Source: a virus
Lineage: Duplodnaviria; Caudoviricetes
Virus record (IMG/VR): IMGVR_UViG_3300037714_000089
Location: 1-39,041 of that record
Direction: 5' to 3' (one strand)
DNA: 39,041 nt
Under the pieces are notes generated by a model. It worked only from the letters and a program-made list of their open reading frames with translations, was not told the DNA's origin and searched no databases. The position numbers and the translations under genes were made by a program. Below, piece after piece: positions 25,347 to 34,100 of the stretch. Numbering within the stretch: the first letter of the stretch is position 1; each line of letters begins with the position of its first letter.

Positions 25347-25695
25347 CACCTGCATCTTCTGCGAGATCGCTGCTGGTCGTGCGCCCGCCGAACTGGTCGC
25401 GTCGTACCACCACACCATCGCCATCGTGCCCATCAACCCGGTCGTGGTGGGCCACATCCTGTTCATCCCCCGGCGCCACGTCTCCGACTTCACTGCCAAC
25501 CCTGAAGTGTCCGCCCGGACGATGCACGACGCCTCGCTCTACGCGGGGACGACAGGCGCGGCGCTGAACCTCATCACCTCCCGGGGCCGCGCCGCCACGC
25601 AGTCCGTCTTCCACCTCCACCTCCACCTGGTGCCGAGGGCGAAGGACGACGGGCTCGCGCTGCCCTGGTACTCGGGGAAGGGCGGCCACCGGTGA
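25339..25695 (+). CDS. HIT-family nucleotide hydrolase
   Basis: CIFC, GHILFIPRRH, QSVFHLHLHLVPR. Confidence 0.93.
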   Translation: MADTCIFCEIAAGRAPAELVASYHHTIAIVPINPVVVGHILFIPRRHVSDFTANPEVSARTMHDASLYAGTTGAALNLITSRGRAATQSVFHLHLHLVPRAKDDGLALPWYSGKGGHR

Positions 25696-26003
25696 TCCCG
25701 CACACCTGCGGCGCCACCATCCCCGCCGACGTCGGGACGTACGTGAGACACCTCGCGTCCTGCCCCGAGACGCACGAGGAGATCGGTGCGTGGTGCCGAG
25801 CCATCGTCAAGACCGTCGACTACGAGGCCGCGCTGAGCGAGACGCCGACCGTCCCGCGAGACAGCACCCTGACCCCGGCCGAGATGGCGGACATGCACCG
25901 AGACGGCGAGGGCGACTCGCTGCGAGTCATCGCGGCCATTGCGGGTGTCGCACCCGAGACGGTGCGGCGACGGATCGCGAAGCACAAGAGGGGCGAGTCA
26001 TGA
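25692..26003 (+). CDS. Protein with C-terminal HTH
   Basis: GDSLRVIAAIAGVAPETVRRRI. Confidence 0.7.
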   Translation: MIPHTCGATIPADVGTYVRHLASCPETHEEIGAWCRAIVKTVDYEAALSETPTVPRDSTLTPAEMADMHRDGEGDSLRVIAAIAGVAPETVRRRIAKHKRGES

Positions 26004-26137
26004 GCGAGACGACCGACCTACCCCTCGCCGCCCGCGTGCTGCTCGCCGGCGCCGGGATCCGCCTGGACGTGTTCGACACCGAAATCCAGTTCGCCCGCAT
26101 CGAGGCGGCATACGACGAGAAGGAGGAGGCGGCATGA
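26000..26137 (+). CDS. Small hypothetical protein
   Basis: ATGA overlap on both sides. Confidence 0.6.
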   Translation: MSETTDLPLAARVLLAGAGIRLDVFDTEIQFARIEAAYDEKEEAA

Positions 26138-26991
26138 CCGCATTCCACGGCCTAGTGCAGGACCTCGACGAGAAGGTCTACCACGCGGACCCCGCGCTGT
26201 CCTACTCCACCGGCAAGCACTACCTCCGCTCGCCGGCGCACTACCTCCACGCGCTGCACAACCGCAAGGAGCGCAAGGAGTTCGACTTCGGGCACGCGGT
26301 CCACGGGCTCGTGCTCGGGACCGGCATGGGCATCGTCGAGATCCCGGAGAGCGTCCTCGCGACGAACGGCGCGGTGAGCACGACGGCCGCCAAGGAGTTC
26401 ATCGCGAACGCCCGGGCCGAGGGCAACGTGCCGCTCAAGGCCGAGGTGTTCGAGAAGGTCCAGGCGTGCGCCGGCGCCGTGCTCATGAACGCCGAGGCGC
26501 GCCAGCACCTCGAGGTGGACGGCGAACCCGAGGTGTCCCTGTTCGCGAAGGACCCCGAGACCGGCATCGAGATCCGTGGACGCGTGGACTACCTGCCTGA
26601 CGCTATCCCGGGGCAGCGCACGACGCCCATCGACCTCAAGACGACCATCAACGCGACGCCCCGCAAGATCGTCCGCGCGATCGTCGACTTCGACTACGAC
26701 CTCCAGGCCGCGATGTACCGGCACCTCGTACACCTCACCCGGGGAGACGACGTCGGCCCCATGGTGCAGATCTACGTCGAGACCGAGGCGCCGTTCGGGG
26801 TGCAGGTCGTCCCGCTCCTGGACGAGGGATGGATCCGCGGCGGCGACCACAAGCTCCAGACCATCCTCGCCCGGCACGCCGAGTGCCTGGAGTCCGGCAT
26901 GTGGCCTTCGTACGAGAGCGCACCGCTGATCCTCGCGCCGCCCATCTGGTACCTGAACGACCTCGACCTGTACGACATGGAGGTGGCCTGA
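26134..26991 (+). CDS. RecE/exonuclease VIII-like PD-(D/E)xK exonuclease
   Basis: YH...LSYS, FG.AVH, EVSL..RGRVD..DLKTT, YDLQAAMY. Confidence 0.88.
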   Translation: MTAFHGLVQDLDEKVYHADPALSYSTGKHYLRSPAHYLHALHNRKERKEFDFGHAVHGLVLGTGMGIVEIPESVLATNGAVSTTAAKEFIANARAEGNVPLKAEVFEKVQACAGAVLMNAEARQHLEVDGEPEVSLFAKDPETGIEIRGRVDYLPDAIPGQRTTPIDLKTTINATPRKIVRAIVDFDYDLQAAMYRHLVHLTRGDDVGPMVQIYVETEAPFGVQVVPLLDEGWIRGGDHKLQTILARHAECLESGMWPSYESAPLILAPPIWYLNDLDLYDMEVA

Positions 26992-26992
26992 G

Positions 26993-27370
26993 ATGAGTGC
27001 GATCGAGCAGTGCCAGTACATGGCCGCCGCTTACTCCACCCTCGATGGTGACGACACGTGCAGCGAGCACCGGCACGAGGCCCGTGTGTTCGATCTGGCG
27101 CGGGCGCTGGCGAGCGAGTTCCAGAAGCCCGACCCGAGCGACGAGCAGATCGGTTGGTTCCTCGACGACGCCGACGCCGTGGTTGACGACTTCAACCCGG
27201 AACCGGACGCGTGGGAGATCACGTGCCTCCGCTCCATGCCCGAGGAACTGCCCGGCATCACAAACCTGCTCCGGATCAACGATGTCGAGTACGTCATCCA
27301 GGACTCCGAGTGGGAGCCCGCCCACCCCGTTTCCCTTGCGACCTACCAGTCATGGCACGAGGAGGACTGA
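26993..27370 (+). CDS. Acidic hypothetical protein
   Basis: GGAGG RBS. Confidence 0.7.
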   Translation: MSAIEQCQYMAAAYSTLDGDDTCSEHRHEARVFDLARALASEFQKPDPSDEQIGWFLDDADAVVDDFNPEPDAWEITCLRSMPEELPGITNLLRINDVEYVIQDSEWEPAHPVSLATYQSWHEED

Positions 27371-27372
27371 CC

Positions 27373-28011
27373 ATGGACCTCACCGCATCCATCGCACCGA
27401 AGTCCGACCAGATCAACGCTGACGACCTGATCTCCGGGCCCCGCACGTTCACCGTCGAGAGCGTCACCGAAGGATCGACGGAGCAGCCGTTCAACATCCA
27501 CCTGGTCGAGAACCCCGGGCGCCCGTACCGACCCTCGAAGTCCATGCGCCGAGTGCTCGTCATGGCGTGGGGCAAGGAGTCCGACGATTGGCCCACCGGT
27601 GGACGCATAACCCTCTTCCGCGACCCCGAAGTGAAGTTCGGGCGCGACGAGGTCGGCGGCATCAAGATCTCGCACCTGTCCCACATTGACCGGCCCATGA
27701 CCTTCGCGCTCACCGAGAAGCGCGGCAGTCGGAAGCCGCACACCGTCGAGCCGCTGCCGGACGCCGGACCGCCGACCGCGACCGCCGACCACCTCGGCGC
27801 GATCAAGGCGCACATGGGCCGCGTCGGGATGAGCCCCGGCGACCTGCTCAAGCTCGCCAGCACCCAGGTCGGACGCGTCGTCGGTCACCCCGGCGAGCTC
27901 GCGGTGACCGAGGCCGACGAACTGATCGCACACCTCACCACCCTGCCCGCCGCCGCGCCCGACGACGCCAACTACGCCGCAGACGTGCCCGACGGCAACG
28001 CGGACGACTGA
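27373..28011 (+). CDS. Conserved phage protein, candidate ssDNA-binding/annealing protein
   Basis: PKSDQINADDL...PSKSMRRVL..AWG...VKFG..VGGIKISHLSHI; acidic tail; near the exonuclease. Confidence 0.6.
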   Translation: MDLTASIAPKSDQINADDLISGPRTFTVESVTEGSTEQPFNIHLVENPGRPYRPSKSMRRVLVMAWGKESDDWPTGGRITLFRDPEVKFGRDEVGGIKISHLSHIDRPMTFALTEKRGSRKPHTVEPLPDAGPPTATADHLGAIKAHMGRVGMSPGDLLKLASTQVGRVVGHPGELAVTEADELIAHLTTLPAAAPDDANYAADVPDGNADD

Positions 28012-28047
28012 CCCATCCACCCCGCACCACCCAAGGAGAACCGACCT

Positions 28048-28398
28048 GTGAATCCCGTCCTGAAGGCCACCCTCGCCACCCTCGCTGCCGCCGCAGTCCT
28101 GGCCGCCCTGTGGTTCGGCGGGTGGTGGCTCCGCGAGGAGTCCGTCAACCGTTCGAGCGAGATCAACAACGACTCGTACGCCAGGCAGACCGCCCTTGTC
28201 GAGGAGGTCATCGACCTGCACACGCAGATCGCAGACCTCGACGTGAAGGCCGCCGGCGACGTCACCGACGAGCAGAAGACGCTCATCCTCACCCAGCGCG
28301 CTGCCCTGGTCACGAACCTGTGCAGCGCCTACGACCAGACGACCGACACGGTCACCATCCCGTCCGACATCCACGCTTTCGCTGCACAGGAGTGCTGA
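28048..28398 (+). CDS. Membrane-anchored protein
   Basis: AAGGAG RBS; N-terminal TM, coiled coil, Cys pair. Confidence 0.75.
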   Translation: MNPVLKATLATLAAAAVLAALWFGGWWLREESVNRSSEINNDSYARQTALVEEVIDLHTQIADLDVKAAGDVTDEQKTLILTQRAALVTNLCSAYDQTTDTVTIPSDIHAFAAQEC

Positions 28399-28403
28399 AC
28401 CAC

Positions 28404-28940
28404 ATGAAGAAGATCATCGCCCTGCTCGTCGCCCTGACCGCCATCTTCGCCCTGTCCGCCTGCACCGAATCGGCCAGGTACGAGGACGAGAAGACCTCGG
28501 AGGCCATCCTCCAGGACCTCCAGAAGGCGCACCCGGTGCCGAAGTTCAAGTACAGCCAGTACCGGCAGAACCTCGTCGAGATCGTCACCGCGCAGGCGGA
28601 TGCCACGCCGACCACCACGTTCTTCTTCAACCAGGGAGTGAAGGACCCGGTCGCCTCGTGCCCGTCGGTCGGCTTCCCGATTCCGACCACGGCGCAGCTC
28701 ACCAACCCCGACCAGACGGCCGGGAGCAACGGCGCCGTTCTGCCGCAGGTCGAGCCGAACGGCGTGTTCACCGGCGAATCGACCGGCACATACGTCATCT
28801 GCCGTGACGCGAACGGCCGCGGTTACGCGGACTACTGGGAGGGCTTCGTCAAGACCGTGACGGGCCCCGCCGAGTGGAACGGCAGCGAGGTCGTGCTCAT
28901 CGGCGCACCGACCGGCACGTTCACCACCGGCGAGGACTAA
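28404..28940 (+). CDS. Lipoprotein
   Basis: MKKIIALLVALTAIFALSA-C lipobox. Confidence 0.85.
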   Translation: MKKIIALLVALTAIFALSACTESARYEDEKTSEAILQDLQKAHPVPKFKYSQYRQNLVEIVTAQADATPTTTFFFNQGVKDPVASCPSVGFPIPTTAQLTNPDQTAGSNGAVLPQVEPNGVFTGESTGTYVICRDANGRGYADYWEGFVKTVTGPAEWNGSEVVLIGAPTGTFTTGED

Positions 28941-28947
28941 CCCACCC

Positions 28948-28973
28948 GGCCGGGGCGTGAGAGCGCCCCGGCC
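28948..28973 (+). terminator. GC-rich hairpin after the lipoprotein gene
   Basis: GGCCGGGGCG-TGAGAG-CGCCCCGGCC; no U-tract. Confidence 0.5.
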
Positions 28974-28993
28974 CGACCCCGAAGGAGGCAGCC

Positions 28994-29329
28994 ATGGCCT
29001 ACCACTGCACCGAGCCTCGCTGCCGGTGGAAGAGGGACAACGGCGCCCACCTCGACCTGTTCCACGCCGTGTGGTGGGGCTGCACGAAGCGACCCGCGCG
29101 CCCGTTCGCGACAGGCGACCTCGTGGTGGACGTCCACGACCCGGAGGACACGCCCCACCCCGTCGACCACTGCGAGTGGGACGAGGGCCGCGGCTGGCAC
29201 GTCGTCGTCCGCTACCGCGACGACCAGTGGGGCCTCGTCCGCAAGGAACTCGCCTGGGTCCGCCTCGTCACCCCCGCCGCCGGCCACTCGCAGCCCACCC
29301 TCTTCGACCTCCTGGAGGCCACACCGTGA
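28994..29329 (+). CDS. Hypothetical protein
   Basis: GAAGGAGG RBS. Confidence 0.7.
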   Translation: MAYHCTEPRCRWKRDNGAHLDLFHAVWWGCTKRPARPFATGDLVVDVHDPEDTPHPVDHCEWDEGRGWHVVVRYRDDQWGLVRKELAWVRLVTPAAGHSQPTLFDLLEATP

Positions 29330-29532
29330 ACGCCCCGCCCCCCGACGACATGAAGAAGACCTACGACGGGACCATGCCGACCATCGCCGAGGCCGAGGCC
29401 CTGATGAAGCCCGACGTGCGGAAGATCCGGCTGCGGTCCAGCACCGCCAGAGCCGCCAGGGTCGCGCGTGCCGAGGCTGACCGCATCGAAGGACTGCGCC
29501 AGGCCGCGAAGACGAAGCGGGGGAAGCCATGA
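29326..29532 (+). CDS. Basic hypothetical protein
   Basis: GTGA coupling; GGAGG RBS. Confidence 0.6.
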   Translation: MNAPPPDDMKKTYDGTMPTIAEAEALMKPDVRKIRLRSSTARAARVARAEADRIEGLRQAAKTKRGKP

Positions 29533-29840
29533 ACCGCGCCAGTGGCACGTCCTACCGAGGCACCTCGTCCGGCGAGCGCATGGCAGCCGCGCCCTGCCTG
29601 GAGACGGACCCCGAGCTGGGCTATCCGAGCCAGGACGGGAAGCGCGGCAAGGGCAAGGAGTACGCCTGGCTCCTGGCCCAGGCCGTCTGCGCCCGCTGCC
29701 CCCTGTCGATCAAGCAGGAGTGCCTGGAGGTCGCGATGCGCACCGAGGGCAACTCCGGCGCTACCGGCCGTCACGGTGTGTTCGGCGGGCTGGACCCCCA
29801 GGAGCGGGCCGACCTGGCTCGGCAGCGGAGGGCGGCATGA
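29529..29840 (+). CDS. whiB: WhiB-family Fe-S transcription factor
   Basis: C..TDPE...A.AVCARCP....CL...GVFGG....ER. Confidence 0.9.
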   Translation: MNRASGTSYRGTSSGERMAAAPCLETDPELGYPSQDGKRGKGKEYAWLLAQAVCARCPLSIKQECLEVAMRTEGNSGATGRHGVFGGLDPQERADLARQRRAA

Positions 29841-30109
29841 ACTACACCCTGCACCACGCCTGGGACATCACCGAGGACGGCCTCGACATGACGCTTGCCG
29901 AGCTCAAGGCCGAGGCCATGGAGCCTGGCGGTGCGCTCGACGGCGCCCTGTTCGAGCACCACGTCTCACTCGACGGCGAACCGCGCTGGCATGTCGACTC
30001 CGAGGCCACGGGCGGGCCGTTCCTCGTGGTCGATGTGCCCGTCGAGCTGTGGCACACGAAGCGCGACCCGGCGCCGGCTGATCACCCGATGCGGATGGTG
30101 GCGGCGTGA
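29837..30109 (+). CDS. Hypothetical protein
   Basis: ATGA coupling. Confidence 0.65.
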   Translation: MNYTLHHAWDITEDGLDMTLAELKAEAMEPGGALDGALFEHHVSLDGEPRWHVDSEATGGPFLVVDVPVELWHTKRDPAPADHPMRMVAA

Positions 30110-31038
30110 GCAACGCACCCGCACAAGACGCCCTGTTCCCGGGGTTGCCTCCGGAGCGCGACGTCATCGCCCGGTTCACTGTGTCCGGCGAGCCCGTATC
30201 CAAGGCCCGCGCCCGCTTCACCAAGCGCGGGAGCAAGGTCGTCGCCTATACGCCGGAGAAGACCAAGGTTGGCGAGATGCGCATGGCCGCGGCCTTCCGG
30301 GCGGCCGGCGGAAAGAAGGACTCGAGCAAGGAGACGACGTTCGGAGTGAGCGCGACGTTCCACCACGGCACCCATCAGCGCCGCGACGTCGACAACATGC
30401 TGAAGCTCGTGCTCGACGGGCTGAACGGCGTGGCGTGGCTGGACGACACACAGGTCGTGGAGGTGGCCGGACGGAAGCGCTACGCCGGGTCGCGCGAACT
30501 GGCACACACAGAGGTAGTGGTCTACCGGGTCGGAGTGATCCACCGCCGCACGACTCCGTGCGGGTGGTGCGGCAAGGGGATCAAGACCTACGAGTCGTGG
30601 GTCACGCGGCGCTTCTGTGACGCCACCTGCCGCGAGGCGAACAAGAAGGCCCAGCGGGATGAGGCTCGCCGTAAGAAGGGTGCCCGAGCGATCTCATGCG
30701 AGGCGTGCGGGTCGACATACCACTCGACCGCGAAGACCCCGCGGCGGTTCTGCTCGAACGCCTGCGCCAATGCGGGCGGCCGAGTCGAGATCCCGTGCGC
30801 AGTCTGTAGAGCCCCCTTCATCCAGTACAAGTCCTGGGCCGAGACAGGCCGTGTCTACTGCTCGCCCGATTGCGCCAAGGTGCACAACGCCGAGGTCGCC
30901 CGCCGTCGTCGCACCGGCAAGTTCTACGGCACCTGCGCGATCTGCGGGGCGGGGACAACCCGCAAGGAGTACCGGCGATGCAACCCCTGCAAGCTCGCCG
31001 GCAAGACGAGCCTCCCACGCACGCTCGAGGAGGTCTGA
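30106..31038 (+). CDS. rusA: RusA-like Holliday junction resolvase with C-terminal zinc-finger repeats
   Basis: GEPVSKARARF, RRDVDNMLKLVLDGLNGVAWLDDTQV; three CxxC..(F/Y)CxxxC units plus a CxxC..CxxC unit. Confidence 0.85.
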   Translation: MSNAPAQDALFPGLPPERDVIARFTVSGEPVSKARARFTKRGSKVVAYTPEKTKVGEMRMAAAFRAAGGKKDSSKETTFGVSATFHHGTHQRRDVDNMLKLVLDGLNGVAWLDDTQVVEVAGRKRYAGSRELAHTEVVVYRVGVIHRRTTPCGWCGKGIKTYESWVTRRFCDATCREANKKAQRDEARRKKGARAISCEACGSTYHSTAKTPRRFCSNACANAGGRVEIPCAVCRAPFIQYKSWAETGRVYCSPDCAKVHNAEVARRRRTGKFYGTCAICGAGTTRKEYRRCNPCKLAGKTSLPRTLEEV

Positions 31039-31686
31039 ATGGGAGCCCGCAACGTGTCCGCCGTCTTCGCGATGTGGGCCGACCTCGCCCCGCTGCCGAA
31101 GCTCATCCTGGTCTGGATGGCGCTCAAGTCGCTGGACGTCATGTCCAAGGAGGGCAAGCCGCCACGCCTGTACTACGACGGCGAGGAGTCCCTGATCGTC
31201 GCGTCGGGCCGAGGTCGGTCCCAGGTCTACACGGCGCTCAAGGTGCTGCGGGACCGGGGTGCGATCGAGGTTCTGGAGGCGGGCCGGATGAAGCACCGGG
31301 CTGTGTACAAGCTCCGCCTCAACCCCCTGGAGAAGTCGGCCTCAGTGTCCGGGAATCCGGACGCAACAGTGTCCGGGAATCCGGACGCACCTGGGTCCGG
31401 GAATCCGGATTCTAGCGTCCGGAAAACCGGACCCCTAGGAGGAACCAAGGAAGCCACGGAGGAATCACGTCCAGGAGAAACATCGCCTCCAGAAGTACCT
31501 CACCTGCGGATCGTGCCCCCTGTGGATAACCCCGAGATCGACTACTCCACCGCCCAGCAGATCGTCCAGGCAGCCCTCGGCATCGAGCAGGCCGCCGCCC
31601 GCATCCGCGAGCTCACCGCCGACGGCACCGACTACACCGCCGCCATGGTCACCCTCGCCCACCAGATCGGAGACAAGCCCGCATGA
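31039..31686 (+). CDS. Replication initiator (winged-HTH) with internal iterons
   Basis: LIVASGRGRSQVYTALKVLRDRGAIE..Y.L wHTH, followed by repeat-encoded SGNPD x3. Confidence 0.75.
   Translation: MGARNVSAVFAMWADLAPLPKLILVWMALKSLDVMSKEGKPPRLYYDGEESLIVASGRGRSQVYTALKVLRDRGAIEVLEAGRMKHRAVYKLRLNPLEKSASVSGNPDATVSGNPDAPGSGNPDSSVRKTGPLGGTKEATEESRPGETSPPEVPHLRIVPPVDNPEIDYSTAQQIVQAALGIEQAAARIRELTADGTDYTAAMVTLAHQIGDKPA
31347..31529. promoter_or_regulatory. Candidate replication origin
   Basis: Four GTCCGG-N4-CCGGA(C/T) palindromes at 31347, 31371, 31395, 31417; TGTGGATAA (rc TTATCCACA, DnaA box) at 31521. Confidence 0.75.
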
Positions 31687-31991
31687 GCACCACAACCCCC
31701 AGCGTTGACCGCTGCCCCCGGTGCGAGCAGCCGCACGGCACCTGCCACCACACCGCGCCCCCGATCGCCGTCGGCGACGTGATCGACGAGGCCACCATGA
31801 ACGTGGGCCGCGGCGTCCGCATGAGCGAGCTGCGGTCGAACAGCCGCATCGTCGACCCCGACGGCGACGAGTGGGTCAAGACCCGCCGGCGCGACGGGGC
31901 GTGGGAGTGCCTGCGAACCGGGGACATCGCCCACCTCCACCAGATCGCGTGGCCGCTGACCGTCGAGCACGTGGCTGGAGGGCGGAAGTGA
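31683..31991 (+). CDS. Hypothetical protein
   Basis: ATGA coupling; CxxC N-terminus. Confidence 0.65.
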   Translation: MSTTTPSVDRCPRCEQPHGTCHHTAPPIAVGDVIDEATMNVGRGVRMSELRSNSRIVDPDGDEWVKTRRRDGAWECLRTGDIAHLHQIAWPLTVEHVAGGRK

Positions 31992-32201
31992 CCACGCCCT
32001 ACTACCAGGACGACGCCGTGACGCTCTACCACGGGGACTGCCTCGAGCTCGCGGACGTGTGTCATCGCCACCATCCCCCGGCGGTCCGCCGAGCCCGCCG
32101 ACCACTGCGCTTCACACCCCGACCAGCCCGGCGGCAAGACCGGCGCCGGAGACCCCTGGTGCGGCGACTACCGCCGCGCCGAACGAGAGGCATCACGATG
32201 A
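31988..32201 (+). pseudogene. DNA methyltransferase N-terminal relic joined out of frame to an unrelated 3' gene end
   Basis: TPYYQDDAVTLYHGDCLE then no DPPY; another frame reads VIATIPRR..CASHPDQPGG..PWCG..* and stops in an ATGA overlap at 32198-32201. Confidence 0.65.
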
Positions 32202-32521
32202 GCACCGACGACACGAAACGAGCCGTCATGCTTGCGTGCCTGGAGATCGCCGTCCCAATGGCGATGCCCCGAGTCGCACGCATGAGTCACTCCGAGCGGG
32301 CTGTACTCGCAGAGCAGGCCATGGAGACAATCTCGTCCGGAGGTGACGCGATCCTCTACCGGGAGAAGACCGTTCGGGGCAGCGCAGCCAAGGGCTTCAC
32401 CGACATCGCCCATGCGCTGGCGATCCTGGCTCACGGCCCGGGCGGGGTGACTTGGCTCGGCGTGCACTGGTGCGACACCTGGCCGTGCGCCGGACACGCT
32501 GACGAGGAGGCTGCAGCGTGA
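32198..32521 (+). CDS. Hypothetical protein
   Basis: GAGG RBS; GDAILYR...LA..PGGVTWLG.HWC. Confidence 0.7.
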   Translation: MSTDDTKRAVMLACLEIAVPMAMPRVARMSHSERAVLAEQAMETISSGGDAILYREKTVRGSAAKGFTDIAHALAILAHGPGGVTWLGVHWCDTWPCAGHADEEAAA

Positions 32522-33816
32522 ACACCCCGTCCGCACGCCGCGTCGTCCTGTACGCCCGGATCAGCGTGTCCAAGGAGGAGTCCGTCTCGGTCGAGCGCCA
32601 GATCGAGGCAGGCCGCAAGCTCGCCGAGGCCCGTGGCTGGGACGTAGTCGGCGAGTTCGTCGATGACGGCGTCTCCGCGTCCGCGAACCGCCCCGAGGAC
32701 CGCAAGGGGTGGAAGGCCCTGATGCGCACCGCGGCGTTCGACGCCGTGATCATCTGGAAGGTAGACCGCCTCGCCCGCCGGGTACTCGACTTCCTGCACG
32801 TCGACGAGGCCCTCCAAGCCCGCGGCGCCGGCCTGGTGGCCGTCGAGGACCCCATCGACATGACGAGTCCGATGGGACGCGCGTTCGCGACCCTGCTCGC
32901 CGTGTTCGGCGAGATGGAAGCCGAGGCGATCCGATCTCGCATTAAGGCCATGCGGGCGCACCTGTCCCAGGGATACCGCTTCGTTGGGGGCGGCATCCCG
33001 TACGGGTACCGCTCGACCGACAACCCGGACGGCCCCGGGCGCGTCCTCGTGCAGGATCCCGAGCGGATCGAATGGCTGCGCCAGATGGTCCGCCTCGGCC
33101 AGGAGGGGCAGACGGTCAACGCCATCGCAGTCTGGCTGACCCGGCACGATGCGCCTATCCCGTTGCGGAACAAGGAACGCATGGACCCGGGCAACCGCGT
33201 CTGGAACCGGCAGACGGTCGAGCAGCTCCTGCGCAACCCGGTCCTCGCCGGGATGTTCCCGCACAACCCGGGCCGGGCGAAGGGTGCTAAGCGCACGGAC
33301 TCGTTCGCGGTGCGCCGCCACCCCGACGGAGAGCCGATGATCGTGCCCGAGCTCGCGATCCTCACCTACGAGGAGTTCGAGCAGCTGCAGCGCACCCTCG
33401 ACGCCCGCGACACCCCCCAGTCGCGCAAGGGCACCGAGCGGCAGCTGACGAGCGTGCTCCTGTCCAAGGTCGCGATCTGCGACGACTGCGACGTCCACCT
33501 CTACCGAGGTACGAACCAGAAGCAGCCCGTCCTGTATTGCCCCAAGTGCCGTCAGACGATCAGCCGGACCCACCTGGATGCATACCTGATCGGCCGGCTC
33601 CTGACCGAGCGCGGGGAGCAGCCCTACGGGACCACCACAGTCGCGGACTCATGGGACCGAGCGCACCGGGACGACGAGACGCGCCGTGAGATCCTCCTGT
33701 CCCAGCTGGAGATCCTGCGTGTCCGTCGAGGCGTAGCCGGACGCCGCTTCGACTCCGACCGAGTGCTGCTCCAGTGGCGCCCGACGCACGACGTCACGCT
33801 CGAGGTAGCGGCATGA
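32518..33816 (+). CDS. Large serine recombinase (coiled coil apparently missing)
   Basis: YARIS catalytic motif, DDGVSAS, WKVDRLAR, GGGIPYGY, LLRNP, Zn ribbon CDDC..CPKC. Confidence 0.92.
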   Translation: MNTPSARRVVLYARISVSKEESVSVERQIEAGRKLAEARGWDVVGEFVDDGVSASANRPEDRKGWKALMRTAAFDAVIIWKVDRLARRVLDFLHVDEALQARGAGLVAVEDPIDMTSPMGRAFATLLAVFGEMEAEAIRSRIKAMRAHLSQGYRFVGGGIPYGYRSTDNPDGPGRVLVQDPERIEWLRQMVRLGQEGQTVNAIAVWLTRHDAPIPLRNKERMDPGNRVWNRQTVEQLLRNPVLAGMFPHNPGRAKGAKRTDSFAVRRHPDGEPMIVPELAILTYEEFEQLQRTLDARDTPQSRKGTERQLTSVLLSKVAICDDCDVHLYRGTNQKQPVLYCPKCRQTISRTHLDAYLIGRLLTERGEQPYGTTTVADSWDRAHRDDETRREILLSQLEILRVRRGVAGRRFDSDRVLLQWRPTHDVTLEVAA

Positions 33817-34100
33817 GGACCCTCACCCCGTGTGGCACGCCCGGCGCCTATCGCCGCCACTACCAGAACGGCGAGAAGCCCTGCGACGTATGCAGAGCCG
33901 GGCACGCTGCCAGGAAGCCGCGCCGCGCCCAGGAGGCGATCGAGATACGGAAGATCGATCACCGACTCCGTCGCCTGTCCAGCCTCAAGCTCATCCACCT
34001 CGTGCTGGCTCTGGCCACGGACAAGGCGCTGTCCCAGTACGCACGAGCAAAGGTCCGCGCGCAGCTGCTCGACCTGCTCGACACCAAGGGCACCCCATGA
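33813..34100 (+). CDS. Hypothetical Zn-binding protein
   Basis: CGTPGAYRRH...GEKPCDVCR. Confidence 0.7.
   Translation: MRTLTPCGTPGAYRRHYQNGEKPCDVCRAGHAARKPRRAQEAIEIRKIDHRLRRLSSLKLIHLVLALATDKALSQYARAKVRAQLLDLLDTKGTP

Noticed and set aside
26134-26991. Cas4 or CRISPR-associated function
   Set aside because: No four-Cys Fe-S pattern and no CRISPR context; motifs fit a RecE-like exonuclease
31347-31432. Mini CRISPR array
   Set aside because: 16-bp units with 6-8-bp gaps, inside a coding region, no cas genes; fits iterons
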